From the NCBI RefSeq assembly GCF_902459465.1, contig NC_047067.1:15252001-15316000 (forward strand): a stretch of 64,000 nucleotides of DNA, read 5' to 3'. The position numbers were made by a program, and so were the translations under genes. Below are positions 39,509 to 52,461 of this stretch, piece by piece. The notes under the pieces were generated by a model. That model saw nothing but the letters and a program-made list of their open reading frames with translations, was not told where the DNA came from and made no database searches. This stretch comes from Asterias rubens. Taxonomy: Eukaryota. Numbering within the stretch: the first letter of the stretch is position 1; each line of letters opens with the position of its first letter.

Positions 39509-42500
39509 TGGTGTAAATTGTCACTTATCAGATGATGAAAGAAAAAATAGTGTGGAGAGGAAGAACTCCTGAACATTCGCGTCTGTTGAGATTTGTAAAA
39601 CTTCTTTAGTGACGGTAAAGTGAGCAAGTTTTTATATACGACCATCCACAACAAGCAAGCCCACGCACTGTGTGTTGTACATACACGTGATTTATTTAGT
39701 GACTTTCCTGAGAGGATACGTATACGAAGTTAATATTGATATTAATATGATAATTTATTAAATATGCATCAAGGTGATCTATTGCACAGGAATCGATGTG
39801 AAACAGTTTTGATACTGTCCATACTCCGTCAGCCGTTTAAAAATTCTACGATTTGACTATAGCGACTAAACGTATGCTAAAAGATTGTATGCCTACAACA
39901 TTGGTTTTCGGTTGGTCAAGGTATTTTATGAGAGGGTGTTTGAAATCTTTGCTTATGTTGTAAAAAGTAAACTCTGACACTTGATGCGTTGTTTTTAAAC
40001 TATAGTATAAGGCAAGCTTGATTTCTTTAAGGGGTAAACACATACAAAATGTGATTAAACATCGCGTCATAAAGCTGCTGAGCAGAAAATGCTGCGTGAT
40101 TTCTTTGCTAAGCAGAACAAATAAGCGGGGCACAAGTCACCACAATTTAAGTTGAATGCAATTTTGGCTGGCAACCTGTTTTTGTTCAGCAATACTTTTC
40201 TGTGCTTACAGGCTTTTGGAAACTGGGCCCTGATCATCTTATAATTAAAGTCAATTTTGAGAAATCACTAGTTGCAAGGTTTTGTTGGCTGTCGACATTT
40301 AACAGCCCAATGCCTTTGCAAGTGCATGCTATTATCGTTCTATTACGGTAGGTAGACCCATTGATTGTATAATGCTTAATGGAACCGAATATGCCTCAAA
40401 AGTACGTAACTCTTTAAGGCCGCGGGCAGTGAAGAAACCCACGAAGACAAGAAGAGGAAGTCATGTTTAAGCTAAAGACGAGATTCAAATATACCTATAT
40501 AGAGGGTTTGCAAAGGATCAGAACATGATGCCAAACACAAACCTTTGGGTTCGGTGTACTTGTGTGTCTTTTACACAATTGTATAGGCCTATACCAAGTT
40601 TTACATGTCTATGAGCTAAATGCTTTGAGGCAACGGCGATTTATTTGACAGTGTTTTGTTCTTCGAAATCCACGGTTGTTTTCTGTATTGCATGCATGTA
40701 AGGATTGAAAATGACAATAAGATCACAATTTAGCTAAAGCAAACCCGTAAGATAAGCAACAACCCAGTAAAGTACAGATTTAAACAAAATTCAGCAAGCA
40801 CTTTATTTTGACTCCAATCTAATAAATGTCTTTTAGAGGAAGACTAAATCCTAGTTGACATTCTCGAATAGCCTCTTGAAGATGCTTTAACGAGGGATAA
40901 TCATTCAGGATATGTCAGATTAAATTGAAGTAGGCTCTTTAGATGTATAGCAACGAGTAGAATTATTAAAACAAATCAGTACATAAACATCCGTATGGGA
41001 AAAAAAGGAAAAACAAGGATTCGAAACATCCACTAGTTATTCATCTTTAGTCACTATTAAGAGTTCTACATATTAGAAAACCATAGCCACAAAGGCTGGA
41101 CAATAATTGTTTTCCTTTGTGCTGATCTGTTGTACTTTTATATTATAGTTAAAAGAATCTGGTTGGTTTTCAAATCAAACGGAACAACACAATACTGTGG
41201 CCTATAGGAGGTAGTGCCATAAAGCTAGTTTATACTTTCCGTGAATGCGATACGAATTTTGACGTCACAAAAACGCAATGATTAAAGGCACTGGACACTA
41301 TTGGTAATTGTCAAAGACTAGTCTTCACAGTTGGTGTATCTCAACATATGCATAAAATAACAGACCTGTGAAAATTTTAGCTTGATTGGTCGTCGAAGTT
41401 GCGAGATAATAATGAAAGAAGAAAACACCCTTGTAACACGAAGTTGTGTGTTTTCAAGTTATTCAACTACATTACCGCGTTTATGAAACAGTCCTTAGAA
41501 ATCGTGTTGTAGTTGATTAATTTATTGATAATTGATTGAATTTATTCGGATATAACATCAGCAAGAACATGCCAAAAATACATAAACAAGACAATGAAAT
41601 AAACCAAAGTTATGGTAATTCATCATCACTGATTATAAATCTTGAAAGAGTTGACTTTGCTTCAAGTGATGTTTTTGATAACTGGTCTTTGAAATGCAGT
41701 CATCTTTGAAAATAGTGTTCTGATTCTGTGAATGCGTATGCCCAACAAGATAGTAAGAAGTGGCAGGCCTATTAATATTGTTTGAGTGGATCAACTTTTC
41801 TGAAAACCACTGCTGCACCATCGAACTAAACCGCCCGTGCAAAATCAACATTTCTTAAGGCAACTACGTGACTTGCTATTGATCTGAGCCAACTTGTTAT
41901 AGCAAAGGGATCGTTCCGTAATTTGCTTTATTTGATGGAATCAATGCAAAGAGTAAACTGAATAATGATTATTTTACCTTTGTTTTGCTTTTTGCCAATG
42001 TAGAGGCACAAAAGGTAATCATAGTTGGAGACACGGGGTAAGCGCACGCTGCAGTGTGAACAAGATGATGTTGGACCCGTGTCCAAAACGGAGATTTTTC
42101 GTAGGGTGAAAAGGCCTATCGGTTATATTTTGTCTTCCGGTTAGAAAATTGCAATACGTTTTAAAGCAGGATTCGAACCCAACCATTTGTCTTTTTTTAT
42201 CGTCATCTTAATTTCTATCTAAATGTCATTATCACATCACTATAATGCAATTTACACTGCAAGTTTGAGCTTAGATGCTATATCCACTTAAAATGAGAAA
42301 CAGCTATCCAAAATAGTGACAGTGTGAGATTTGAACCGCCTGCAAAACTTTAGAAGTGTATCCTTATATGAATAAATCACATTGCGTGCTAAGGGGAAAA
42401 TGAATACATTAGATTCAAACCATGGAGCTAACAAAATATATAGCCAGATTTTCAAACAATAAAGATTGTTTTCATCAACGTTTATTATCATCTTCAACGT

Positions 42501-43841
42501 ATAGAAAAGTCAGATTAAATACTTAAAAAAAAAACCAGAGTCAATGACGTACAGACCCGGTGACCGTAAGGTGGCCATTAACGTATAGAGAGCGGTCTAA
42601 CGCGCCGTGTTCCTTTCCTTTGTAATTTGTTTTGTCCCACCTCAGGCAAACACTGTCATTGATCAAGATGGAAATATTCCACTCTGTATCTGCCCGAAAG
42701 ATGGACTCTAATTGCCGGTAAATGACTGCCTTTGGGGGGAAAAGGGGGAAATGTTACGGACTCTTTTGTCATATCGGTACAAGTTTCCTGCCGATTGGGG
42801 GAAGGGCTGAGTGTGATGACCTTTTCAAATTACCAGTATTGAAAGAACTCAGAGACAAACTTGTTGTATGAAAGGAGACAGACTCAAGAGTCTTTGGGTG
42901 ATATCCTTGTACAATGAATGCCAAGACAAGTGCACTGAATGCCTTGCTCGCCAGTAAAGTGCTCGGTACCGTCATTTAGCATATTTTTTGTCTATACCCT
43001 TTTTAACGAGGACTCCCAGCCATTGGGCCAATGAAGGTAATTTTTCGTTCATCCACCACAAGACATCATAATACAATATGGCCGTATATATGGCTCCATC
43101 CATATTATTCATCAGTTTTATTTTTATTTGTATACCACTTATTAGACAAGATTTGCCATAAAGATACAAATAACAACAGTGTTTTCATGACACTGGGTTC
43201 TTCGCTTTTTTTCGCTCAGATATAAGTTTCACGTAGCATAGGCCTATACAAAAAAATCTATCCAGTCATAATTTCACTACTACGCTCAAGTCTTTCCTCA
43301 TCTTCTGCTGTCGAGTCATGGGAATGATAACAAAATTCCCAAATGATTCATGAAAGTGCTGCTCATAATTATGTAGGTTGCTATAGTTTCAATCGAATAG
43401 AGAATAAAACTGAAGTGCTTGTCTTTAAATAAATCATACCAGCACCTTCGGTGGGAATAGAACCGGCGACCTTGAGAAGATGTCTCTGCCATAAACAACA
43501 ACCTGAATGTCGACGAGATGCCATAGTCGCATATTCTCGCATAGCAAAAGGAAAGCACTCGAGGGACAAACTAGCATCAAGTGTTTATCACGTATGACTG
43601 GAGCTCATATTCAGAGCGCTACTTAAGTAGAAAATATTGTTGACAATTTTCTGCTTAACGAAGTGAGTAGGATACCAGTCAAAAATTGTAATCGTAACTT
43701 ATTCTGGTAGTCATGTAGATGTGCTTACTCTTTCTGTTTAAGCAGCTCTATGCATTGGGCCCAGGCAGTGCAGGAAATACACACACATAAGCTTGATATG
43801 CCTGCAACCGTTGACCTCCTATTGTCCCTCTTTTGTTTATA

Positions 43842-43969
43842 CTCTTTTCCAACAGCTCACATTGGTTTTGTATACGTTTTCTAACTCTTTTCCAACAGCT
43901 CACATTGGTTTTGTATACGTTTTCTAACTCTTTTCCAACAGCTCACATTGGTTTTGTATACGTTTTTAA
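43842..43969. repeat. 43-bp tandem repeat x3
   Basis: CTCTTTTCCAACAGCTCACATTGGTTTTGTATACGTTTTCTAA starts at 43842, 43885 and 43928. Confidence 0.95.
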
Positions 43970-44767
43970 CTGTGGGGCTTACCGTGGACCCTATATTGCC
44001 CTCTTTTGTTATAGGTCTTTGGTTTAAATCTTTTTTTTTTAAAAATTAAAAAAAGAGAAATTGAGTGAAGCTGGATTTGAACCAACGACCTCTGGATATC
44101 GGCGGTCTACCAACTGTAATATAGTCCCATGCTTTTGATTTTGTTTTTTGTTTTGAGGGGGTCTCCCTTTGTAGTTCGGGGTGATATTCAGAACAAAGAT
44201 ATTGATCCAGTCAGTTTCCCTTGTGGTTTATAATTTGATAATTTATAGGAACAGCCTTGCTGGAGGAATATTAGATATTTATCTCTAACATTCATAAAAC
44301 TTTAATTGTGTAATCCAGATAACCCAATGGCCGTTTAATAGGTAGTAATATTTCATATTCAAAGCAGGATCATGCAATGACGCACGTGAAACGACCAAAT
44401 TGCTTAATTCTCAAATAATTCATCTTCGTGTATAGGCCCTAAGCTTGTGTCATTGTTGCAAATCAACAACCCGCCTACATACCGTTCAAATATGGGCACA
44501 TTTTGCTGAAAATGTGCGTTGAAGTATAGGACGTCCTTAGCAACTATCTATAGCAACAGTCGTAGCCGTAGCTGAAGCCGCTTATTCAGATAAGGCCTGA
44601 GTGTTAGAGAATAAAGAAAACCACATAAGAAGGGAACATGAGACATTCTATGTTTTCTACAAAGTTATTCAAAAGAGAAAAGGTTAAATCAAAATGTATC
44701 CAAACGCTAGGTGTCTGCTATAGTGTGATTTCCTACACTCCATATGCCATTGGTCTCGTGTGTTGTG

Positions 44768-45151
44768 TTAAAGACACTGGACACTATTGGTAATTGTCTA
44801 AGACCAGTCTGCTCACTCGGTGCATCTCAAAATATGCATAAAGTAACAAACCTGCGAAAATTTGAGCTCAGTTGGTCGTCGAAGTTGCGAGATAATCATG
44901 TAAGAAAACACACCCTTATCACACGAAGTTGTGTGCTTTCAGATGCTTGATTTTGAGACCTCGAAATCTAATTATGAGGTCTCGAAATCAAATTCGTGGA
45001 AAATTGCTTCTTTCTCGAAAACTACGTTACTTTAGAGGGAGCCGTTTCCACAATGTTTTATACTACCAACAGCTCCCGATTACTCGTAATACCAAGTAAG
45101 TTTTTATGCAAATAACTATTTTTAGTAATTACAAAATAGTTTCCACTGCCT
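44768..45151. mobile_element. Kolobok-like MITE family A copy
   Basis: Both TIRs, family internal sequence. Confidence 0.88.
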
Positions 45152-47149
45152 ACGTATCGCTAAGAGAAGGGGTTCGCCCCCGTGTTCATGGCAGTGGCTG
45201 CTGAATACGTCGTCACAAGTCCTTTATGGTGTTACATAATTGGGTCTCAGAATTCATAACTTCCAAAAACCTATCTTTTTTTTTTTTGGGGGGGGCGTGT
45301 ATACTAAGCGCCTTGAGTACCTTGTTGGTAGATACGCTACAAGACTTCGATATAAGTACTTTTATTATGCCAGACATTCTCTGCATCCTACAGACACATT
45401 AGCAAAATCGGCGTCTTTGGTTATAAGAGCCAGAGAGTGCAAGTAAATCATCCAAGCATTCATCGCATCTAAACTTGACTTCTGTATCGGCCTACACACT
45501 TATTGTTAACACTGACTCATCTACAATCCGCACAGAACGACGCAACACGTCTCTGTATTGGCACTAAAACATACGGCAGTTTTACCCCCGTCTTAAACTA
45601 AACCGGCTTCCTCTTAATTCACAAAATTCAATTCAAATAATTCCTAATCAAATTCAAGGCACTACATGGTCAATCCGCAAAAAGCTAAAGTCGTCTCCTA
45701 AAGACCGTACTATAAGAGCTCGATTTCACAACGCACCATAAAAGATGAGTTGCCGATATTGACATTATAGGATATGTATTGTGATATTATACTTTGCTTA
45801 GCAGTTAAGATGATTCTCTGCTATTAGATCAATCTTAGCTCTTTATGAGTCTGAGATCATCTAGCAGTATGCTCGTAATTGTACCCCAGTTTCGCTGGTT
45901 CAGTTACAGAGGACAGCCCATTGCAGGCAGACTTTTGAATTCACCAACTGAAAACCGAACCGTGTATGAAAACACGAACTAATGTCTTCAAGCAGCAACA
46001 GATGCTACATGTTATAAAACGCTTGCGCGTTCCTTGACAAAAATGATGAAGTGTTAACAATAATGACATGATAACCTTTCCATATCGTATTTCCACCATG
46101 CAAAGTTTCAAATCCTACTTAATAATGATATACGCCTGAACATTAGTGCACTGCCCTTTTCACTGTTGCTTTGATTTTTGAAGAGGTGTCAATCTAAGAA
46201 TGTTGTATGTACATTATTTTGTGTTCTGCCACCCTACAATTGCAATCAGTCCTTCTTCACTTTTCCACAGCTTCTTGTCCTCTGCGAGTATTCCAAGTAT
46301 CTCAGTACAGTGTCCTCTAGCATCCGCAGCACATTGCCTATGTGGAGATACTTTGTTGGTCCACTTCCACTGACAGTGTTTTTTAAAGCCATTACTCACC
46401 CAAATCTCTCTTTCTTTTTCTTTAACTGGGGGAAATTATTATGTTTGGGCATGGCTTTGGGAAACACTGTTCCTTTTTGGGGGCCGGGAGGGGGTGAAGG
46501 TGGGTCAATTCCTATACTTTAAAATTAACCGGGTCAAAAACATTGACCCGGATTATAAGTCCCCGTGCGCAGTGACCCAATATCCGGGTCACTTTGACCC
46601 GGATTCCGTGTCAAATGACCCTTCAAACTGATGCAGAATCCAAGTTAAAATCCCATTCCTTATCAACCAGTTTCCGGATCAACCTGACTCAGAAATTGGT
46701 CAGGCCCCCCGTATTGTGCATGTCGTGTACTTCCGAACGATACACCCGCCCACATCATCCATATAGGAAGGGGGAGGGGGGGGCTTAGATACAAAATCCC
46801 CCTTCAGAACAACTGGAACGGGACCCTTCGTTTCTGTCTCTTTTAAGATTCCAGACACCCAAGGGACGCAAGGTTGGTGACTTCTTGGGTGCCTTAGGCA
46901 CTCTACTCTCAATGTATTATCAGGCTTTTCATATTAATTTGTGTGTACTATTATTGATGATTTTTTTGTATGAGAAGTTATACTTAATGACGTTATTTAA
47001 CTGTAAACACCAGTGAGTGAACAAACAGTTCAATTACCAATTAATAAGACTTTAATAAGTTGTTTGTCGATAAACGACCAACTACGGGGTGGGATTGAGT
47101 GTCATGATTCAGTTTCTGACACTGCGAACCCACACAACCGATTACTGGA

Positions 47150-47322
47150 TCCTGAGGGACTGTCGCCCATGCATGCTGGTTTATATAAATAAAAAAAGGG
47201 CATCATTACGTCACGAATCGTCATACGCGGTTCTAATCTGCAGATTAAAAATGGGTATATACGTGTGTTCCATAATCTCAAAAGTATAATTCTGGTGATC
47301 GTCTGTTTCAATACTGACGTCA
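47150..47322 (-). promoter_or_regulatory. Candidate minus-strand promoter: CRE TGACGTCA (47315-47322), CRE-like TGACGTAA (47206-47213), TATATAAA (47180-47187)
   Basis: Motif order and spacing are promoter-like and the region is locally CpG-rich. No transcript evidence. Confidence 0.3.
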
Positions 47323-47478
47323 CTATTTTGTAAGTAGATATGACTGACATAAATGTAAAATAGATTGACATTCGGGAGATTCCAATGTGGGCTTCGACTT
47401 TGCATTCCACGAGGGAATCAAAAAATGAGAACGGCGTAAGATAAGAAGACATTGGAATATCGATTCGAAATGTTGGTT

Positions 47479-47944
47479 TTAAAGGCATGGTCAACTTCGG
47501 AAATTGTCAAATACCAGTATTCTCACTTGATGTATCCAAAAATATGCACTTAAAATTACAAACCAGTAAAAACTTGATGGGCGCAGTTGGTCATCTAATT
47601 TGCAAGAGAAGCACAATTTGAGTGATTTCAGGTGCCTATTAAAAGGCCTAAGGCTAGAAGTCTTTTAATATTTGAGAGAGAAATTACCTCTTTCTTTAAA
47701 AAACTAGAACTTTACTCAGAGGGAGCCGTTAATCACAATGTTTTATACTATCAACGGCTCTCCGTTGCTCGTTACCAAGATGGTACATTTATTTTGAGTC
47801 AAGTGTCCAGGGGTGGATTTCACAAAGAGTTAGGACTTGTCTTATCTCGAGTTAGGACCAGTTACTCGTCCTAACTTAGGACTATCCATGCAATTTGTAT
47901 ATCACCTAGGACTAGTCCTAAGTAAGGACTCAGTGCCTTTTTAA
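47479..47944. mobile_element. Family A variant with a family B fragment nested in the right TIR
   Basis: GTGTC-CAG-[GGGTGGATTTCACAAAGAG...AGGACT]-CAG-TGCCTTT. Confidence 0.78.
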
Positions 47945-48356
47945 GCCAGCATAAAGTGACCGTATCTCACTGATTTCCTTATACTTCGCCCAGGATCGAG
48001 ATTTAATCTTCCAAAGCTTCGTGGTTTTGGGTAGTTTGCAAAAAAAACACACGAAACGATCAATCAATATAATACAAGGACATTTCTTCTTAGTCAATGA
48101 CCAACAAGGTTGCTAATGTGCCAAATGAATCACTGGAGTAGTTCAAACTTTGCTCCTGTATGTTTTCTTCTTCTTTTTAGAAGTTTCTCCCAAATGCGTC
48201 TGGTTCTATTTATGTGCCCCGTTTCAATCAGTGTTTCGTTGCCTCTATCGCTTCAGTAGGCATTATATATCAGAACTATACAAATAAATAATTTGATTGA
48301 AAACTGAGCTAATGTGGCAGGAGATTCCGTCACCCATAAAGGTGAATTGTGTACGC

Positions 48357-48397
48357 AAATAAGATTAAATAAGATTAAATAAGATTAAATAAGATTA
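48357..48397. repeat. 10-bp tandem repeat (AAATAAGATT)x4
   Basis: Directly visible. Confidence 0.9.
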
Positions 48398-48429
48398 ATC
48401 ATAAGTAAGGAGGAGTTTGGTGTCATCGA

Positions 48430-49196
48430 CGGCTGGACACTATTGGCAATTGTCGAAGACCATATCCCAAGCACAAAATAACAAACCTGTACAAATATTT
48501 GGGCTCAACTGGTCGTCGAATTGCGATTGAATAATGAAAGAAAAGCACCCTTGTTGCATTTCTTTGTGTGCTTTCAGATGCATAATACAAGGCATCAGCT
48601 GAATCTTCTATTATTTGAGAGAAATTACCGCTTTCTCAAAAACTACGTTACTACAGATGGAGCCGTTTCTCACTAGGTATATACTGTATACAGCTCTCCA
48701 TTGCTTGTCCTATCAATTATTTTGAGTAATTACCAATAATAATAATAATGAACCATTTTTGTAGAGCGCATATCACAATCACAGAGAAGTCCCTATGCGC
48801 TTTGAGAAGAAAACAAAAGAGAAGTAAAAGTTAATAGAGATGTGAAGTAAATACAAAAGCAAAATTTAGTTGATACAGAAAGAAGTACTGAAGGCTATTG
48901 CAAAAATAAATGTGTTTTTAACTTTGTCTTAAATAAATTCACTGTTTGAGCTTGTTTTATGGTGTCCGGAAGACTATTCCATAATTCTGCTGCTGCTGCT
49001 GCTGCAAAAGCTCTGGCCCCATAAAATTTAGTAAAAGTCGAGGGACAAACTAAGAGAGACCTGAACTTAGAGCGGATATTACGAACTGGATGATCTTTTT
49101 TTTTGGATGAGTTCCTGGAGATAAGTTGGGCCTAAACCTTGCAAACATAAGAAAGTTAATGAAAGTATCCTATACAATAGTGTCCAGTGTCTTTAA
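48430..49196. mobile_element. Family A variant split by an L2 insertion
   Basis: The right TIR AATTACCAATA...ATAGTGTCCAGTGTCTTTAA is interrupted by the 48734-49172 LINE. Confidence 0.78.
48734..49172 (-). mobile_element. 5'-truncated L2 LINE 3' end with (ATT)n tail
   Basis: Translation, with one frameshift in a T9 run: ILSLTFLCLQGLGPTYLQELI...RNIRS..RSLLVCP...FYGARAFAAAAAELWNSLPDTIKQAQTVNLFKTKLKTHLF. This is the canonical L2 ORF2 end. Confidence 0.88.
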
Positions 49197-50979
49197 AATT
49201 CAAACTGACATGCAGCTAGTCAAAATAAACTATACACTGTTTTTGCCACCTTAACCATGGAGCAACCATGCTTTAACTCACCCGTTATGCCTATATAGTA
49301 TATTAGTGCCGCCGGGTCCAAAATGACCAGTCCAAATACATCAAAATCCGAAACGGGTTAATTCTAAAGATTGACATTTTTGTGTCTTAAAGCAGAACTG
49401 AATTACCCGCTCAAGGTTAAACATTCTATGAATAATTACCATCAAAAACAATAGCCTGTAGGTGTGTGTCATCTTATGGCATTTCAGACAATCTCAAAAC
49501 ACATTCCTTGATTTTTGTTTCACAGCTTTGTATGAATTTAAACAGTGAACTTTCTCGTTGCCCCCCCCCCCGTGTCAACGTACAGTATATTAAATTTAGA
49601 TTAAGATTTAGATTTTATTGTCCACGTAAAAAAAACATAGAAATTTGACATCCACTGGCCAAATACAAGTACACCCAATCAACATCAAACTATATAAATT
49701 ACAAAATAAGAGAAGTTAGAAATACAAAGCAACAAAAGAGCCGCACAATTGCACCAGCTAAAACAACGCCAACCGGTCACATGTGACGAATGGGTCTCTT
49801 TATCCATGCGGTAGAGTGAAGGAGTAAAATATGAGTGACTGTAATTGTTGTTGTTTGTTGGTGTGTTTCAGGAATAATCAGCTTTTTGGCAATGAAACGT
49901 TATTTTTTAAATTCTCAAGGGAGTTTCCAACCCGTAGGCCTGAGCAAACAAGAAGGGGGGAAAACTACTTTCAAAAGTCGACTACAAGTTCGGCCATCGG
50001 CTCAACATTACACTCCCACGATTAAAATCCAGTCTCTATTTTAAGTATTATACAACAATAATGCATAGTTATTAACCCAAACAGGTGGAAACTTTCACGA
50101 AAATAGTCGACAGAAAAGGCTAGAACTACAAATTGTCACTTCATTTTAATAAATTTTTGCTTTTATTTTAACTGAAAGATGCATACTCTGATCATTACAG
50201 TTAATTTCCAACCATGGTCTTCTTGCCATTCGTTTCATGTGTATAATATACACCAACGATTGTCACAACATTTAATACGGTAAAATAAATAAACCTATTT
50301 GTTCGTTTAAAATTCACACTAATAAACACACTACTGTAAAATCACTTCTTTGCAACATTTAATAAAGTAAAAAATAAAACGAAGGCGTATATGCACAATT
50401 ACAGCCAAGCAATTAACTCAGCAATAAATATTTCATTTGTTTATATAATACAATTGTTTTTCATCTTCCCAAAAAAATCATGAGTCAAGACTGAGGCTGT
50501 GGACGCAAGATAGTTGGACCCCTTTGTAATAATGGTAAAATTAAATAAATTGGACGTATTTTACGTCAAAAAAGGGGTAAAACTATCCTTACTTACATGT
50601 GTATTTAATCTGACAAACACGTCTGTATGTGTCACCCCATCACCACCATCTCTTATTATAACTCGGTAACAAACTGTGGAGTTTGATTGGTCGAGAACCA
50701 ATCACGTGATGTGCAACAACAACGCAAAATTGTATATCGATGGATTTTGGGTTCTGAATGGTCTCGTTTCAATCAGAATCCTTCGGCATAACCTAACCAA
50801 CACCCGAATCATTATCACTTAAAAGATTGTCTGGCATCCATGTGAACAATGGTATTATAAAGATATATTTATTGTAGTACTGAATCTATAAGAAAAAACA
50901 CCTCAGATGTGGCAACGATTTGTGACGGATTATTCGGTAGATTATTTTATTCGGTAGACCTATTATGGTTAACTATAAA

Positions 50980-51044
50980 TCATGTGACATGACATGTGAC
51001 ATGACATGTGACACGACATGTGATACGACATGTGACATCACATG
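50980..51044. repeat. 12-bp tandem repeat (CATGTGACATGA)x about 5
   Basis: Directly visible. Confidence 0.9.
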
Positions 51045-52461
51045 TTTACAAAAGAGCCACAAAGACTGGAATTTCTGCAAGAACAGTTTGTAAACAGCCC
51101 AATAAAAGAAAACATTACATCTTTTATTTTATGGAGATTGCCCTGTATGGTTAACAACTCGATATGAAGAAAGAGGCATATGCAGTTGCCTCCATTCACT
51201 GGTAATTGCCTTGGTGCCCTTAAAATGCTCAAGTAGAAATTTACAATTTCCTCAAAGGGTTCCAAGGAGAGAATGCCTTGGTGCTCTTGCCCTTCCAAAA
51301 AGAACATACAGGTCTGAAGGGGGACACATCCCAAAACTTATTTGGATGTTACTTTTTAGAACTCTTGGATTTGTGTTGAAATTCTCACACAAACTGTAAC
51401 ATTTCCCTCATGACTTGTGCAGTATCTTGCCTGCCAGAGAATGCATTGGAATGTACAAAAGCACTATTTTGTAAACAATGTCACACGGTTTATAGCATAA
51501 AACCAATAATGCTGGCTATCTATTACAAGCCTTGGCAATATAAACAAAATATTAAAGTCCATGTAATACATAAAACAGCAAAATTGACATTATGAAGAAA
51601 TACAGTTTCAAACAATGATAGTTACCCTACAATGAATCGGTGATGCTGTGTGCATGCCATACAGCAAATAGCACAAAGCGTAAACAAATCAACAGAAATT
51701 TGTTTTATATTATTTTTGCCAAAGCTCAGTGGTCCAATTCATTCTTGATTTGATATAAGTTGTACACATACTATCTCTCCCCTGTTCATAAACTGGTGGT
51801 TTTTGTAAGGCACTTTTTAAAATGGTAATGTATAGATGTACATGTATAGTGAACTATTCACTAAAACAGTGTAATAAAAACCAACATAATATGCTAAAAC
51901 AAAACAAAATACAAGACTGTACAAGGCAAGTTGAGCTAGATTATATGAACCATTCCTTATTGCCATTTGACACTTTTACAATCTAAACATTCCATCAAAT
52001 TTTCTTATAAATAACAACCGAGGCAATATTTAAAATCTATTACTCTTGACTCTGGAGAACAAGATAAATGTGATAAAACCAAAATGAAACATATTTTATA
52101 TACCTTTGTTTTGCTACTCTTTAAAATGGTGATGATCGTTATCAGTGCATTGTAGTTTATGAAAACTCAATCTTAATGGTCAAAAAACTACTTTCTGCCA
52201 AACCGTTTTTTTTTTTCAGTTAATTAAAATTTATCTCAGGACAAATGAGCAAACTAAACAGTTGGACCACACACTTGCTGGTCACCTTGCTATTTCTGGA
52301 TGTGGGCCTAAAGGTTTAAACCTGATGAATGATGATTTAGATTTAGGTTTTACGATTTGAAATGTAAAGAGGCCCTTTTTCTACCCCTACAGTTGTGGTA
52401 AAGTGTTTATTTTTGTATTTAAGAAAGCCAGGTAGGACACTTAATCACTACAAGTAAACAG

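Noticed and set aside
46214-46399. Frame reading KYLHIGNVLRMLEDTVLRYLEYSQRTRSCGKVKKD, reminiscent of an RTE LINE C-terminus
   Set aside because: The similarity is too short and weak to call without a profile search.
47102-51334. ORFs 47102-47494 (130 aa) and 51038-51334 (98 aa)
   Set aside because: No motifs and no coherent splice chain; the first begins inside a MITE end. Lengths are within what chance allows in 64 kb.
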